From Saccostrea cucullata (taxonomy: Eukaryota): a DNA stretch of 64,000 nt. The notes beneath the pieces were generated by a model that searched no databases, was not told the DNA's origin, and worked only from the letters and a program-made list of their open reading frames with translations. The position numbers and the translations under genes are program-made. Within the stretch, counting starts at the first letter, position 1. Every line of letters starts with the position of its first letter. Location: positions 62,001 to 126,000 of the forward strand of contig NW_026928487.1 in assembly GCF_032062105.1 (NCBI RefSeq), in the 5' to 3' direction. Positions 63,953-64,000 of the stretch are shown here, one piece after another.

Positions 63953-64000
63953 TGTCAGTAAACATATATTATACTTTCAATGGTAGGGGTCCAGGGAACG

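Overview
AT-rich eukaryotic genomic DNA. The repeat families resemble those of oysters/bivalves (inferred, not proven). One host gene can be traced on the + strand: four in-phase GT-AG exons (1451-1591, 11005-11238, 11986-12095, 38894-39035; 209 aa) encoding the G3-G4-G5 part and following helical region of a dynamin-superfamily (bacterial-dynamin-like/Fzo-like) GTPase. Its start and end lie outside the window or were not found. Almost everything else is transposon-derived intron fill: a hAT 3' end; a Penelope-like fragment; a solo LTR; a decayed, intron-containing Kolobok-type DDE transposase fused to a DEDDh/PML-like exonuclease; several Helentron-type non-autonomous elements (HINEs) carrying ~166-bp tandem repeats; a young 5'-truncated L1/Tx1-like LINE; two adjacent Mag-like Gypsy elements; a TTAA piggyBac-like element containing a 370-bp TRIM whose LTRs carry tRNA-like sequence; a 14.4-kb element with ~245-bp near-perfect TIRs carrying a satellite array with nascent higher-order structure; SINEs; many MITEs; and a local duplication that preserves filled and empty SINE sites. 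No rRNA, bona fide tRNA or CRISPR array was found. All coordinates were read by eye and may be off by a few bases.
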